The notes beneath the pieces were generated by a model that was given only the letters and a program-made list of their open reading frames with translations, had not been told where the DNA came from and made no database searches. A DNA stretch of 64,000 nucleotides from a virus, in the IMG/VR virus record IMGVR_UViG_3300038410_000026, positions 1 through 64,000 of that record; one strand, given 5' to 3'. The position numbers were made by a program, and so were the translations under genes. Below are positions 8,976 through 19,018 of this stretch, in pieces (positions within the stretch are counted from its first letter, which is position 1; each line of letters starts with the position of its first letter).

Positions 8976-10127
8976 CCGCCTTTCAACCGCAAAATTGATG
9001 CGCGGCTTGGCCACGATCCCAGGCCAGTCGAAGGACTTCCGCATCTGCTTGATTTTATTGCGGATAACTGTATCGTTGGAGACTAGGGCGTCAAGCGGAA
9101 CCATTCCTTCCGCCACGGCTTTGACCAGCGCCTGAAAGTCGGTGACTTCAAAATCTCCCCATTCTTCCCGAACGCGGGTGCCATCCAGTTTCGGCGTGGT
9201 ATCCGAGATAATTGGGGCTTGGAGATCTGTGGCCTGCTGCCGCAGGATCTGGCCCTCCACCACCATCCCCTTGCGGATCAGGCTGCGGGCTTCTTTGAGT
9301 TGGGCCTCTTTCAGCGCCTCGGTAGATTCGACCAGGGCCTGTTGCTGCGCTTGTACGATTCGTTTCTTTTGCTCGCTGTAGGCTGCCATGGCCGATTTCA
9401 CCTTATCGATCATCGAATCGATGAAAGCGGCGGGTCCATTGTAAGCGTCCTTCAGGATCTTGAAGGTAGCCCAGGCCGAGGAAGTTTTCGGCTTCCAGTA
9501 TTTATCCCATTCATCTTTGAGCTTTACCAGTTCTACGAGCAGGTCGTTGGCGCGGCGGAAGCTGTGATCGTCTCGCACATCGAGCATCGAGATGGCGATC
9601 TCAAAGCGGTCGCGGTCGCTGGCTTTGATGATCTCTCCGGCTGCCCGGACCACGGCTCTGGTCTGGTCGTCTGGCTCTACTTCCGCTTTCACCGCCGCCA
9701 CTTCAATGTCTTTCAATCCCATCCGTCTAGCCATATCTTCAGCCTCAGAATCATGGTGCATGATCCAGATCAGTCGCCGCCTGAGGGGCAGGTCATGTGC
9801 CCAAGCGTGATACATCCGAAAGTCTGGCCACTGGTAACGCGGTAAAGGGTCAAGCATAGTTTCAGTTGCGCCCCGCAAGTGGGCCATTTCGTGCGAAGCG
9901 GCCAAGGCCAATGCCTCCGGTTCTGTGTCCAGATCTGGACGTGGCAGGAAGATAGCCATCCGGTCGCCCCCGATGATGGCGTAGCCCAGCGGATCGGGAG
10001 TTTTCCCATGCGTGATGTGAACGATGATACTTCCCTGTTTCGTCTCCGATAGCTCCCGTTCCGCCGCCAGCTTCAGGATTCTCCTTAGATCCTTCGTCCG
10101 ATATTTACTGGTGTTAAAAATGGTCAT
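8973..10127 (-). CDS. Fusion-like protein: N-terminal HExxH zincin-like region plus C-terminal coiled-coil region
   Basis: ASHEMAHLRG motif; helical C-terminal half; start taken at MTIFN (ATGA overlap). Confidence 0.55.
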   Translation of the reverse strand: MTIFNTSKYRTKDLRRILKLAAERELSETKQGSIIVHITHGKTPDPLGYAIIGGDRMAIFLPRPDLDTEPEALALAASHEMAHLRGATETMLDPLPRYQWPDFRMYHAWAHDLPLRRRLIWIMHHDSEAEDMARRMGLKDIEVAAVKAEVEPDDQTRAVVRAAGEIIKASDRDRFEIAISMLDVRDDHSFRRANDLLVELVKLKDEWDKYWKPKTSSAWATFKILKDAYNGPAAFIDSMIDKVKSAMAAYSEQKKRIVQAQQQALVESTEALKEAQLKEARSLIRKGMVVEGQILRQQATDLQAPIISDTTPKLDGTRVREEWGDFEVTDFQALVKAVAEGMVPLDALVSNDTVIRNKIKQMRKSFDWPGIVAKPRINFAVERR

Positions 10128-10540
10128 AGCGTAATCCTTTTCTTTTTGACCGCTTCCAAAAATTTCTCCCACACTAGCCTTCGGTTTCCCTTGGACATCC
10201 AATTTATGTTTCGCTTTAGGGCCAATTTCAGTCCAGCGATCATTTTGTCAACGTCATTGACTGAGCAGTATGATGCAGAAACTCTCCTTGTAATTTTCGC
10301 GTTGCCTAGGGGATGGAAAAGATCGACGCAGATGATGGCGGATTTTACCCGCATCATATCCGGCTCTTTCCAGTTTGAATAATCTTGATCGAACTGGTCT
10401 CCATCTTTGCGGTAGTCTGTCAGGATTCGGAAGTCCTCCTCCCTCTTGACTCGGACCATGCGGAAGACGTGAACCACCGTAGCGGGTGCGGTCAAACCTT
10501 CGAGGCGAACCACGGTTGGTACATTGAACTCAATTGTCAT
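10124..10540 (-). CDS. Hypothetical protein
   Basis: ORF with GGAG RBS and ATGA overlaps at both ends. Confidence 0.55.
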   Translation of the reverse strand: MTIEFNVPTVVRLEGLTAPATVVHVFRMVRVKREEDFRILTDYRKDGDQFDQDYSNWKEPDMMRVKSAIICVDLFHPLGNAKITRRVSASYCSVNDVDKMIAGLKLALKRNINWMSKGNRRLVWEKFLEAVKKKRITL

Positions 10541-11160
10541 GTGTTGCTCCTGTTCAATCGATGCTTGTTCTTCCAGTGCCAAAAGTCCATGGCGGCGAAG
10601 GCTTCCCGTGGCCCGTCTTTGCCTTCTACTAGCGTGTATCCGCCGTCGTCTTTAAGCTGCACGATGTAGGTTCCCTTTGCTTTCACGCCCATGGATTCAA
10701 GCAGCGCCCGGTAAAGAGCCACCTGTAGGTGGTGCTGCGGGGCCACAGTGCTGCCGCTCTTAACGTCCAGGACCACAGGGCCTGCCTTCATCACGCCGTA
10801 GTAATCGAGAGTGCCCGCCACTTGCCGGTCATGGTGGGCCACTACCTGTTCGATCAGCAGCACTTTAAAGCCAGTGTCCTTGAGGAACAACTCAAAGCCT
10901 CGGATGTAAGGCAGAATGAGGGGGTGGGTGCCCTCAGGCTCCCATACCCCCTCCACGAGATACCGGCAACCGATATGGATCGCCGTCCCCCTGGCCGCAT
11001 ATTCACCCACGTTTGCCGGAAAGTATTGCGGCACCAGATCCTGCACCAATTTGGTGACCGGGACGTACCGGACGCCTGTGATGGAATTCACATAACTATG
11101 AGTATCTTCGGAAAACACCACCCCCGGATCAAGTGAAGAGGGCAGATTGGGCGGCTTCAT
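10537..11160 (-). CDS. PD-(D/E)XK exonuclease (RecB/Cas4-like fold, no Fe-S cysteines)
   Basis: RGTAIH, IEQVV, AGTLD, LDVKSG, QVALY motifs. Confidence 0.85.
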   Translation of the reverse strand: MKPPNLPSSLDPGVVFSEDTHSYVNSITGVRYVPVTKLVQDLVPQYFPANVGEYAARGTAIHIGCRYLVEGVWEPEGTHPLILPYIRGFELFLKDTGFKVLLIEQVVAHHDRQVAGTLDYYGVMKAGPVVLDVKSGSTVAPQHHLQVALYRALLESMGVKAKGTYIVQLKDDGGYTLVEGKDGPREAFAAMDFWHWKNKHRLNRSNT

Positions 11161-12616
11161 TCTCCTGCTCCCCTTTTTTGAGTTCCGCGAAAGACGTTAT
11201 CAGGTGGTCGGAATTCTTTTCTCCCAGCTTCTCAAACCCGATCCCATAATCGTGCAGCGCCCTTTTATCCAGTTCCGCAAGCAAGGACACAAGGGGCTCC
11301 CCGCTTTCGTCCCGGATATGCACTACCTGATAAGCTTCCCGGCTTTGTTTCGCCATTCGCAGGAAGGCCACCAGTTCTGGAGCGGGCGCTTTGGTCAGGT
11401 CCAAGTGGTCGGTCCATTCCTTCAGTTCTTCTGGGGTGAGCGAGCGGGCTTCAGACACCTGAATCGCTCTCTGCAACTCTTCTGCGGATAGCTGCGGGTA
11501 GGTTTTCTCCAGCACCCGGATGCGGGGATCTAGCTGGACGGTTGGCAGAGTGGCGAGAGATTTGGATTGGCGCTCCACGGCCATGTGACGGCCCAACTGG
11601 TATGGTTCCTCCATCAATGCTTGCTTGGCTTTGGCGAGAGCTTCTTCGAGCGCCGCAACGGGCATCACAAATTCCTCTGGGGTGGCGTCACGCGGGATGT
11701 TCTTGACATTCAGATATCCCTTGACAAAATTGATCACCACACTTTGGGCTTGCCTGCCATCCTCCAGCCAAGGCATCAGGGCGGCTTTGACTTTCGACAT
11801 GCGGGCCTTGATCTGGTCTCCCAGGCTTTCCACCTTGGCCGGTTCAGGTTCAACCGGCTTTTCCTTGGGAGGCGGGGCTACTTCAGCCGCTAGATGTGTC
11901 GGCGTAGCGGGTGCCACAGCCTGAGTCGGAGGTGCGGCGGGCGGCAGAGGCGCGGCGGGCGGCGGAGGCTCTGCTTCCGCCTTTTTCCCTACGGGGTATA
12001 GTTCGAGCGGCTTTGGCTTCTCCTCCTGCGGTTCGGGTTCCCGACTCCGAATTTCTTCCAGTTCCGATTCGGTTTCATACATTCCCCCCCGCACTCCCAA
12101 CACCCGAAATGCCTGCGAAATTGTCCGCGCTCGGTACATGGTGCCTGGGCGCAATGTATATTGACTGTCGGGCCTGTCCAGTCCAGCCCGTCGTGCATCC
12201 TCCGGCCCGAAGCGAGAGACATACTCAAACCCGTCCGGGCGGGTAAATTTCATCTCGCAGCCGTCGTTGCCGTCCTTGATGATATCTACCTTCACCTTGT
12301 CCCGGAGGATCAACTTCATCATCAGGGGATATCGCAGGAAGATCTTTCCCTTAACGATATCAATTGATTGCAAGGATTCCATGGGTGGGATGCCCAATTC
12401 GTAGCCGGTCAACATCTTGGCCATGGCGTTGGCTTTTACAGCCACAACGTTACTTCCCATGTCGGAGGTATAAAGCGCTGATCCGACGAGGTATTCGGCC
12501 ACCGTCACCATGTAGTTCATGCTGTCTGGCGACGGGAGCCCAACCTCCTTGCCAGCTTCTTCTGAATAGGTCCGCTGCTTGGGAGCGACTGATACAACAG
12601 CAGATGTATCGCTCAT
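11129..12616 (-). CDS. RecT-like single-strand annealing protein with long Pro-rich linker and C-terminal extension
   Basis: GYELGIPPMESLQSIDIVKGK, F..EDARRAGL, PGTMYRARTIS; adjacent to exonuclease. Confidence 0.65.
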   Translation of the reverse strand: MSDTSAVVSVAPKQRTYSEEAGKEVGLPSPDSMNYMVTVAEYLVGSALYTSDMGSNVVAVKANAMAKMLTGYELGIPPMESLQSIDIVKGKIFLRYPLMMKLILRDKVKVDIIKDGNDGCEMKFTRPDGFEYVSRFGPEDARRAGLDRPDSQYTLRPGTMYRARTISQAFRVLGVRGGMYETESELEEIRSREPEPQEEKPKPLELYPVGKKAEAEPPPPAAPLPPAAPPTQAVAPATPTHLAAEVAPPPKEKPVEPEPAKVESLGDQIKARMSKVKAALMPWLEDGRQAQSVVINFVKGYLNVKNIPRDATPEEFVMPVAALEEALAKAKQALMEEPYQLGRHMAVERQSKSLATLPTVQLDPRIRVLEKTYPQLSAEELQRAIQVSEARSLTPEELKEWTDHLDLTKAPAPELVAFLRMAKQSREAYQVVHIRDESGEPLVSLLAELDKRALHDYGIGFEKLGEKNSDHLITSFAELKKGEQENEAAQSALFT

Positions 12617-12870
12617 CTTTTCTCCTTTAATCGCTTGATCAATGTGTCAATTTCCTCTAGGCTCATGCGGTCATAGCCTTCACTGTCCACAAATTCTTTG
12701 GTCATGGTGGTCACATAATAGCCCGATTTGATCACACTCAGCCCAACTAGGATGTGGGCCAACTCCTGATGGCTGAGTGTGATAGTCACGTCATGGATGT
12801 AGCTGGTCGCCAGTAAAGATAATGGCTCGTTGCCTGCTATTTTCCTGGATGGCATGTGGCGGATTTTCAT
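12613..12870 (-). CDS. Hypothetical protein
   Basis: 85-aa ORF overlapping its neighbours by 4 nt. Confidence 0.5.
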   Translation of the reverse strand: MKIRHMPSRKIAGNEPLSLLATSYIHDVTITLSHQELAHILVGLSVIKSGYYVTTMTKEFVDSEGYDRMSLEEIDTLIKRLKEKR

Positions 12871-13430
12871 TTGGCCACCTTTTTCGCCTTCTTCTTGCGC
12901 TTGTTTGGTGTGAGTGCCAGCAAATCCGATACCTTTCCCTGTATTGCCAGCTTAATCAACTTCAAATTTCCGCCTTTTAACGGTTTGCCGGAATAGGAAA
13001 GGTAATCTTTCGGATCGTTAGAGAATGTCACCTCATCCATCACGATGGATTTGTATTTCCGGATCGCCCCAGCCGTATAGTCTAGTCCATAAGCCAGTGC
13101 ATTTCCAGACAGTTTCACGCGGGCTATCACAGTGTCGTCCTTGTCCAGTCGGCTGGCAAACACCGCAGCACCCGCGAGGGTGCTCATCACATGAATTCCT
13201 ACAGGGTATGCCTTCTTGGTCAATTCGGTTGAACAGTCGGAATCTGTTAATTTCTTCATTACCGGGTTAGCCATCACATCCACTTCTGTTCCCTGATAAG
13301 GGGTTTGGAGCACCACCCCTCTGATCGGAAACCCTGGCTGATGCAAATCTAGTAGCGTCTCCAAGAGCATCACCTTATAGCCGTATCTGGGGATACGGGC
13401 AGGAATTTTCTCCAGCTTCATTAGGCACAT
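12867..13430 (-). CDS. Hypothetical protein (MCL...GYK...YPxGxH family; paralog of 13916-14446)
   Basis: Shared MCL, YGYKV and YPVGIH/YPNGFH motifs. Confidence 0.6.
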   Translation of the reverse strand: MCLMKLEKIPARIPRYGYKVMLLETLLDLHQPGFPIRGVVLQTPYQGTEVDVMANPVMKKLTDSDCSTELTKKAYPVGIHVMSTLAGAAVFASRLDKDDTVIARVKLSGNALAYGLDYTAGAIRKYKSIVMDEVTFSNDPKDYLSYSGKPLKGGNLKLIKLAIQGKVSDLLALTPNKRKKKAKKVAK

Positions 13431-13495
13431 CTATGCTCCTACGTTTCTGTTTTGTTTTCAACTCATTGCGGACAATAGAAAAGTTTCCGAAAACA

Positions 13496-13524
13496 ATTTT
13501 ACTTGCAAATCTAACGTTTGTCAA
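13496..13524 (-). promoter_or_regulatory. Sigma70-type promoter TTGACA-17-TAAAAT driving the recombination/TIGR-Tas operon
   Basis: Near-consensus -35/-10 with 17-bp spacer in an intergenic AT-rich gap. Confidence 0.75.
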
Positions 13525-13581
13525 CAAGTTTTTTAGCCTTTGTTTTCAATCATTTGAGAGTCAACCGAAATTGAAAGTGAT

Positions 13582-13881
13582 TCAGTTTTGGACGGGGGTT
13601 CCGTAGAGGAACCTTCCGACAAAATCTTGAGCGCCCTGCTTGAGGTTTTCAGTCATCATTACCGCTGCTGGCATCAGGGAGAACACCGTTTCCCCTAGCT
13701 CATTAACTTCATCCGATATGACCACAATGAAAGTCACCTCTTCTCCGTTCAGTCTGCCTCGCAGGAGGCCAAAGTTTCCATAACGGCCATCCCGTAGCCC
13801 CTTAAAGATTCTGATATCTTCTGCGGGGATTTGGCCTACGGAATAGATTTCTTGTCTTTCTTTCTTGCGTTTGTTTTCCAT
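13582..13881 (-). CDS. Hypothetical protein
   Basis: 99-aa ORF preceded by the palindrome motif. Confidence 0.5.
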   Translation of the reverse strand: MENKRKKERQEIYSVGQIPAEDIRIFKGLRDGRYGNFGLLRGRLNGEEVTFIVVISDEVNELGETVFSLMPAAVMMTENLKQGAQDFVGRFLYGTPVQN

Positions 13882-13915
13882 AACTTTTATGTCCAGATCT
13901 GGATACAGATTTCTT

Positions 13916-14446
13916 TTACTGCGCCTTAACTTTTACTGTGCTCTTCCGTACACTATCGAGAATCTCTTTGACTTCCTGTTTCCTTTCTGCGGCAAGCGGC
14001 TTACCTTCCGCGTTCATATAGTCCGAGATATTGAGGGACAGGCGGATATAGCGGACCACAAGGCAGGAGCCGGCGTGTTCCTTGTAAGTCTCATCCGTTC
14101 CTTTAACGAATACACTGCGGTATTCTACCCGAGCGATGACAGCGGTGCTCCGGGTTCGGTAATCCCCATATACGTAAGCCAGCGCCTTGGCCGCTTCCAA
14201 GGAGCGAAAGACATGAAATCCATTGGGGTATCGCAGAGGGTCGCCAAGGACATCACCGGAAACAATGGTTCGTTGATTTTCACTCCCCAAAATCCGTCGA
14301 ATCCATCTTCCAGGCCGGAGCCCCATCATCAGATAGGGAGTCTTGAACTCAGGCGGCTGCATATAGGGCAGTGGTTCAATCACTTTGTACCCGTACCCAA
14401 CAGTTTCATTGGCTGGGTAGCGTTTCGTAACTTGGATTAAGCACAT
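13916..14446 (-). CDS. Hypothetical protein (paralog of 12867-13430)
   Basis: AAGGAG RBS and shared motifs. Confidence 0.6.
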   Translation of the reverse strand: MCLIQVTKRYPANETVGYGYKVIEPLPYMQPPEFKTPYLMMGLRPGRWIRRILGSENQRTIVSGDVLGDPLRYPNGFHVFRSLEAAKALAYVYGDYRTRSTAVIARVEYRSVFVKGTDETYKEHAGSCLVVRYIRLSLNISDYMNAEGKPLAAERKQEVKEILDSVRKSTVKVKAQ

Positions 14447-14718
14447 TCGTTTTACTCCTTTAGTTTCAATAGCTTACGGTAGTTTATAGCTAACGTGAAG
14501 TCTGCCAAAACAGTTCATGATCTCTATCAGTTTCCTTTCCGGCTGTCCTGCTGCCTCAATTGTCCAGAGCGAGATGTTGTCACGTTCAATTTTCAGCTTC
14601 ACCTTCACTCTGTTCGAGATTGACTCCGGCAAGGAAAGATAACTTTCTAGCACCAAGTCCAGTGTGTGGACGATGGGTTTCTGTTGCATTGTCGGCTGTT
14701 CAGTCATAATGTTTCCGT

Positions 14719-15093
14719 ATGCCTTTCGCTCAAGAGCGCCATGGCCCCCTCTTTATGGGAGAGGGCAAAGTTGCCCGTCAAATATGGGAAATGTTCTTTC
14801 AGCAGGGGATGAACACTCGCCAGATCGCTGATGCCATTGGACATAAGCAGACCACCTACGTTGCCAAGGTGGTTGCTTTCTATCAGCGCACCCCAATGGC
14901 CCGCTTTTGGCAGCGTCTGGAGGAGATTGAATCTCTGCTGCTCGAACAAAACGTCATGCTTCGCCAATTGTGCCGCCTCCCGCAATCGGTGATTGATCGC
15001 CGAGTCCAAGAGCTTTTGAAGGACGAGGAGCGGCGGGTTTCAGAGACAACGCCACCCCCTCGGCAGAAACGACTGTTGGAGCGTTCCCCTTAA
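14719..15093 (+). CDS. Putative HTH DNA-binding protein, opposite to local gene direction
   Basis: QGMNTRQIADAIGH HTH-like segment. Confidence 0.45.
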   Translation: MPFAQERHGPLFMGEGKVARQIWEMFFQQGMNTRQIADAIGHKQTTYVAKVVAFYQRTPMARFWQRLEEIESLLLEQNVMLRQLCRLPQSVIDRRVQELLKDEERRVSETTPPPRQKRLLERSP

Positions 15094-15123
15094 TATCGCT
15101 TCCGCCAGTTTCGTAGCTCAAAT

Positions 15124-15471
15124 CTACTCAGGTTTGGCCTGATCTTCTTGTCGGGCGGGTTGGGCACCTGTTTTGTTTACCGCGAGAAAATCACGGACGG
15201 TTCCATATCTCACGCTCAAAGCGGCTGAAATGTCAATGGCGTCTTTACCTTCCTCGGCCATGCGAAGGGCCATTTCCCTTTGTAGCGTGGTCATGGCGCG
15301 AGAACCGGGTCCAGAGGCCCGCTTCTGACGCCTGCCGCCCACTTGGAGAATCCCAATTGAGACGGCTTGGCGGGTCACTCCCGCGCCGCGAGCTATTTCA
15401 TCTAGTGAGATGCCGTCTTTCTCGTGCATCTCTTTCCATTGGCGATACCTTGCTAACGTTTGCCTTTTCAT
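15124..15471 (-). CDS. Putative double-HTH DNA-binding protein
   Basis: SLDEIARGAGVTRQAVS and IDISAALSVRYGTVR. Confidence 0.6.
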   Translation of the reverse strand: MKRQTLARYRQWKEMHEKDGISLDEIARGAGVTRQAVSIGILQVGGRRQKRASGPGSRAMTTLQREMALRMAEEGKDAIDISAALSVRYGTVRDFLAVNKTGAQPARQEDQAKPE

Positions 15472-15473
15472 AT

Positions 15474-15677
15474 CTATACCCTTTGGTGGGGGTATTTCCC
15501 CTTGATGTTTTCGGCGAAGAATCGCCCCTTTGAAGGTGCCGCCATGAAGTTTTCGTAGACTTCCTGCGGTACACCCTCATAGGTATAGACTCCGCCATGG
15601 TGGAACTCCACTTCTAGCGTGGGGGGATCATATCCGATGCTGGCGATGTTGCTGCTTTCCACTTCTTTCCGTTGCAT
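15474..15677 (-). CDS. KTSC domain protein
   Basis: VESSNIASIGYD..LEVEF..G..Y.Y.GVP...Y..FM.A.SKGRFF...IK signature. Confidence 0.92.
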   Translation of the reverse strand: MQRKEVESSNIASIGYDPPTLEVEFHHGGVYTYEGVPQEVYENFMAAPSKGRFFAENIKGKYPHQRV

Positions 15678-15738
15678 ATCACCTCTCCAGATGGGTTGGG
15701 AGGGGGCTGTCCAGGCCCCCTCGTGGTGAATTTGATGG

Positions 15739-17250
15739 CTACTCGTTGTCGGTAGCCAATCCTCTGCCGTCCGTCACTCCCGTAACTTTACGGAAGTGCA
15801 AGTCTAATTTATCGGACCCAACGTGATCTACCGCCTTAATGACCCCTCTGGCGATGTAGTTGCCGACGATATGGCTCATCTTTTCGAGATCCGAGGGCTC
15901 CGCCACCTGCTGGCGGTTGACCATTTCAGCGTGCTGCTTGATGGATTTTGCGGCGATCTGGATCGCCTCTGTGCCGATCTTGAGTGATGTTGGCAGAACC
16001 GGGAGAAGATGGTTATCTCCCCCAAGCTCCATGGGCATGGCGGTGAGAGCGGAGAGTTTGGCTCTCTTCATCACCTCGGCGATAATCGCGGGGATATATC
16101 CCTGCACCGCTTTGCCGACCGCCACAGGGTCGAAATTCATGCGGTCTATCTCATCGCCCCCATAGTGAAGCACCAGTCTGGCTGCCGCTTCAGCGTCCGG
16201 AGGTTGGATGTGAATCAGATGGTCCAAGCGTCCCGGTCGCAGGGCTGCTTCGGGAATGTTTTCGATGTGGTTTGTGGTGAAGATCACCATGACTTCGGCG
16301 TCTTTGGTGTCTACGGCGTCGAGAACCGTCTTGAGATCGTCCCAGTCTTCGAGTTGATCGAGATCCTCGGCGAATATCACCGCTTTGCCGTACTGGCGCA
16401 CGAATGGGTAAGCTCGGGTTAACAGGTTCACATTCCTGAGATACAAGAATGTGATGCCCAGTTGTTCACAGAGCATGGCTATCTTGTTGGCGCAAAGTGT
16501 TTTGCCAACCCCATAAGGACCAAACAGGGTTATGCCCCGCTTGAACCCTATTCCGAGGTCGGCAAGCTCTCGGTGCCGATAGAGGGGGGTAATGATCGAG
16601 TCTCGGATCATGCGTTCTGTGTCTCTGGATAGAATCAAGTCCGTCGTGTCCGCTCCGATGGAGTGAAACTGTGGTTCCAGATATTCATTTCTGGTCATAG
16701 GGTCCACTTTCGTTTCGACCGTGATGGCCTTTCCTCGGAACAGGGATTGGGTCGCCAAGATCTCCCTGGTGGCCTTGGCGATCTCTTTGATCAAGGGCAG
16801 CTCCTTTTTCTTTACTTGTCCCTGAATAAATATCCCCCGCGACCAGTCTGGTGCCGTAGAAACAGTTGACTCCTCGCTCAGTCCTGGAAAATTGAATTCG
16901 CCGAGGTAAACGTCAACCGTGTTTCCTGAAGCGTCGATGGGAACAGCGTAGAAAAATGACTCCTTCATCTGTTCCTTCATGGCGACGAATCCGAATCGTT
17001 CCTTTAGGGCCACCGACAGCGCGTGCGCCACGTCGAGCGGATAGCCATTGATCAGTTCCTGCACTTTGACCAGCCGCTCCTGGTCTTTCCAGGCCTCGGT
17101 AAGCCAGTGAACGGCTTGCGGAAGGCTCATGTTTTCAGGCAGAATGACCTGTTTCGTTTCAGCGCTACGAACGATTTCTACATTGTCCGTAGTCAGGTTT
17201 TCTTGTTCCAGAGTGAAGGGGTTAGTGAACTTCTTGTTGACGGTTGCCAT
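15739..17250 (-). CDS. AAA+ ATPase (classical clade)
   Basis: GPYGVGKT Walker A, IFAEDLD Walker B, TTNHIENIPEAALRPGRLD second region of homology. Confidence 0.9.
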   Translation of the reverse strand: MATVNKKFTNPFTLEQENLTTDNVEIVRSAETKQVILPENMSLPQAVHWLTEAWKDQERLVKVQELINGYPLDVAHALSVALKERFGFVAMKEQMKESFFYAVPIDASGNTVDVYLGEFNFPGLSEESTVSTAPDWSRGIFIQGQVKKKELPLIKEIAKATREILATQSLFRGKAITVETKVDPMTRNEYLEPQFHSIGADTTDLILSRDTERMIRDSIITPLYRHRELADLGIGFKRGITLFGPYGVGKTLCANKIAMLCEQLGITFLYLRNVNLLTRAYPFVRQYGKAVIFAEDLDQLEDWDDLKTVLDAVDTKDAEVMVIFTTNHIENIPEAALRPGRLDHLIHIQPPDAEAAARLVLHYGGDEIDRMNFDPVAVGKAVQGYIPAIIAEVMKRAKLSALTAMPMELGGDNHLLPVLPTSLKIGTEAIQIAAKSIKQHAEMVNRQQVAEPSDLEKMSHIVGNYIARGVIKAVDHVGSDKLDLHFRKVTGVTDGRGLATDNE

Positions 17251-17333
17251 TGTCGTTCCTTTCGCTTTTGGAGCAAGTTGCTCCGGGAGCCGCCATGTCC
17301 GGATTTTGACGTGATGGCCCCCGCAGCCTCCTG

Positions 17334-17873
17334 CTATTGCACGGTTTCGGTCTTCTTGCGGCGGCGAGGTTTGGGCTTCGGCAAGCCGATGCCCTTCACC
17401 GCCGCAAATTTACTGAGAACGATTTGCTTTTCTGGGCTTTCCGCGAGCGAATCTAGGGCCACTTCCAACTCAATCATGGCCATATCCTTCCCGTCGATGT
17501 TCATCTCCCGCTCAAGCTCCTCTGCCGCTTTTTGATCAGCGGCTTCGGATTTGACAAGCTCATTGTGAAAGTGGAACATCGCTCCGATGATCGCGCACAC
17601 GGCTGAAATTGAGTTATACTCTGCTCCCATTTGAGCCACTCCCTGCACGATCCTCTGGGCGACTCCGCAATGGTTGATCACGTCGATCACTTCGGCTCCA
17701 AAAGTGCCGTCCTCGCACCCCATCAGCTTGTTGAATTCTTCCTCGAATTCTTCGATGGTAGGACTTTCATCGGGGTTTTCCTTTTTCTTCAGGATGAAAT
17801 CTCTAACTTCGACAATCCTTTCACCGAATAAGTGAAAGATATCGTGGACATTCTGTTTGGTAAGGCTTTCCAT
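17334..17873 (-). CDS. Hypothetical protein
   Basis: 179 aa, AAGGAG RBS. Confidence 0.55.
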   Translation of the reverse strand: MESLTKQNVHDIFHLFGERIVEVRDFILKKKENPDESPTIEEFEEEFNKLMGCEDGTFGAEVIDVINHCGVAQRIVQGVAQMGAEYNSISAVCAIIGAMFHFHNELVKSEAADQKAAEELEREMNIDGKDMAMIELEVALDSLAESPEKQIVLSKFAAVKGIGLPKPKPRRRKKTETVQ

Positions 17874-17885
17874 TGTGTTGCTCCT

Positions 17886-18215
17886 TTAGTTAATTAGGGT
17901 TTCACCTAGCGAATCGTTCGCTGCGCTTACGGCGGAACGCTGCTCCGCCTCGATACGGTTAGCTACCCGAAAGCAGATAGCGCATAGGAAGCTGGCTGTA
18001 CGGATGAGGCTACGCGAGTGGAGCAGGATCTCGCCTAAGATCTTCCCAATCACGTAACCCTTCTCAGAATGTTCGATGGCGGACAGAAGTTCGAAGAAAT
18101 CATCCGGGGGAACAGGGTTTTCGTGGCACTCTTTTCCTTGTAGCTCAAGCGCTCTTTCTACATTGTCTTTCGTTATCATTGTGTTGCTCCTTTCCTTGTT
18201 TGTTTTGTTATACAT
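17886..18215 (-). CDS. Hypothetical protein (true start probably at MITKDNV)
   Basis: Same AAGGAGCAACACA leader as the downstream gene. Confidence 0.5.
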   Translation of the reverse strand: MYNKTNKERSNTMITKDNVERALELQGKECHENPVPPDDFFELLSAIEHSEKGYVIGKILGEILLHSRSLIRTASFLCAICFRVANRIEAEQRSAVSAANDSLGETLIN

Positions 18216-18624
18216 ACGGCATGTAGGTATCGACCATGGCCGCTCGCCTCGCCCACGTTACAGCGCCTTCATTCCGCAGATCAGTTGACGTTTCCCCATA
18301 TTGGCGCAACGCTTCCCGCAACGCCCGCATGAAATTCTGCTGGAGCGTCCGGTGCTGCGACAGCATGGCCCGCAGGAAGGCTTCCGTAACTTCCTTCGAG
18401 GACTCAGCGCTGATATCGTTCGTGTGCTCGATGAGCGCACGGATCTGTTCAACTAGCTGCTCGATCCGATCCATGCGGCGATTGTACTTTTCTGAGCACG
18501 GGTTCTTGTCGTCGTCCACATGGACGTATTCCCTGTCGCGGGACCGCATCACCGGAACATAGTTTTCCTCTGCCGTGATCGGCCTGCCGCAGCCTGCGCA
18601 AACCATTTCAGTTTCAGTGTCCAT
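18208..18624 (-). CDS. Hypothetical protein, N-terminal CxxC
   Basis: 138 aa, RBS AAGGAG. Confidence 0.5.
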   Translation of the reverse strand: MDTETEMVCAGCGRPITAEENYVPVMRSRDREYVHVDDDKNPCSEKYNRRMDRIEQLVEQIRALIEHTNDISAESSKEVTEAFLRAMLSQHRTLQQNFMRALREALRQYGETSTDLRNEGAVTWARRAAMVDTYMPYV

Positions 18625-19018
18625 GTTTCTCCTTCAGTTTATTCAGTTCTAATTCCGCATCGAGGCGGAGCTTTCGTTCTAGTTCGAGTTGTTTCCAGAG
18701 CAATCCCGCGTAGGGATATTTCTTGACAGCTTCATTATGGGCCAGTTTCTGATCCGACTGGAATATGGTAGCTCCGGTTTTGTGGAACTCCCACCATTCC
18801 GCTCCATCTACGAAGGCGTGGACGCAGGCATCCTTCGCCAGAGCAAGTTCTTCGCTCATCTGTTTCGATGTGATCCCGTGGGCTTCCGCGATGTCTCTCA
18901 GCGAGGCAAGAAAGGTTTCTGGATCATCTGCTCCAGCCATTAAGTAGTGGGCTGATTCTTGTGGATCTTTTAGGCTCTCCAATAGCCCTTCCCTGTATGG
19001 TCGTGATCGTTTTGGCAT
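18614..19018 (-). CDS. Protein with an N-terminus resembling addiction-module antidote (antitoxin) proteins
   Basis: LLESLKDPQESAHYL...DPETFLASLRDIAEAHG. Confidence 0.5.
   Translation of the reverse strand: MPKRSRPYREGLLESLKDPQESAHYLMAGADDPETFLASLRDIAEAHGITSKQMSEELALAKDACVHAFVDGAEWWEFHKTGATIFQSDQKLAHNEAVKKYPYAGLLWKQLELERKLRLDAELELNKLKEKHGH

Noticed and set aside
6301-8998. ORFs of the MARS..MKHS / SERA..ECF type over arrays 1 and 2
   Set aside because: By-products of the 36-nt period being a multiple of three; no RBS and open in several frames.
10537-11160. Cas4 adaptation nuclease
   Set aside because: Lacks the four Fe-S cysteines and there is no Cas1/Cas2; ordinary phage exonuclease context.
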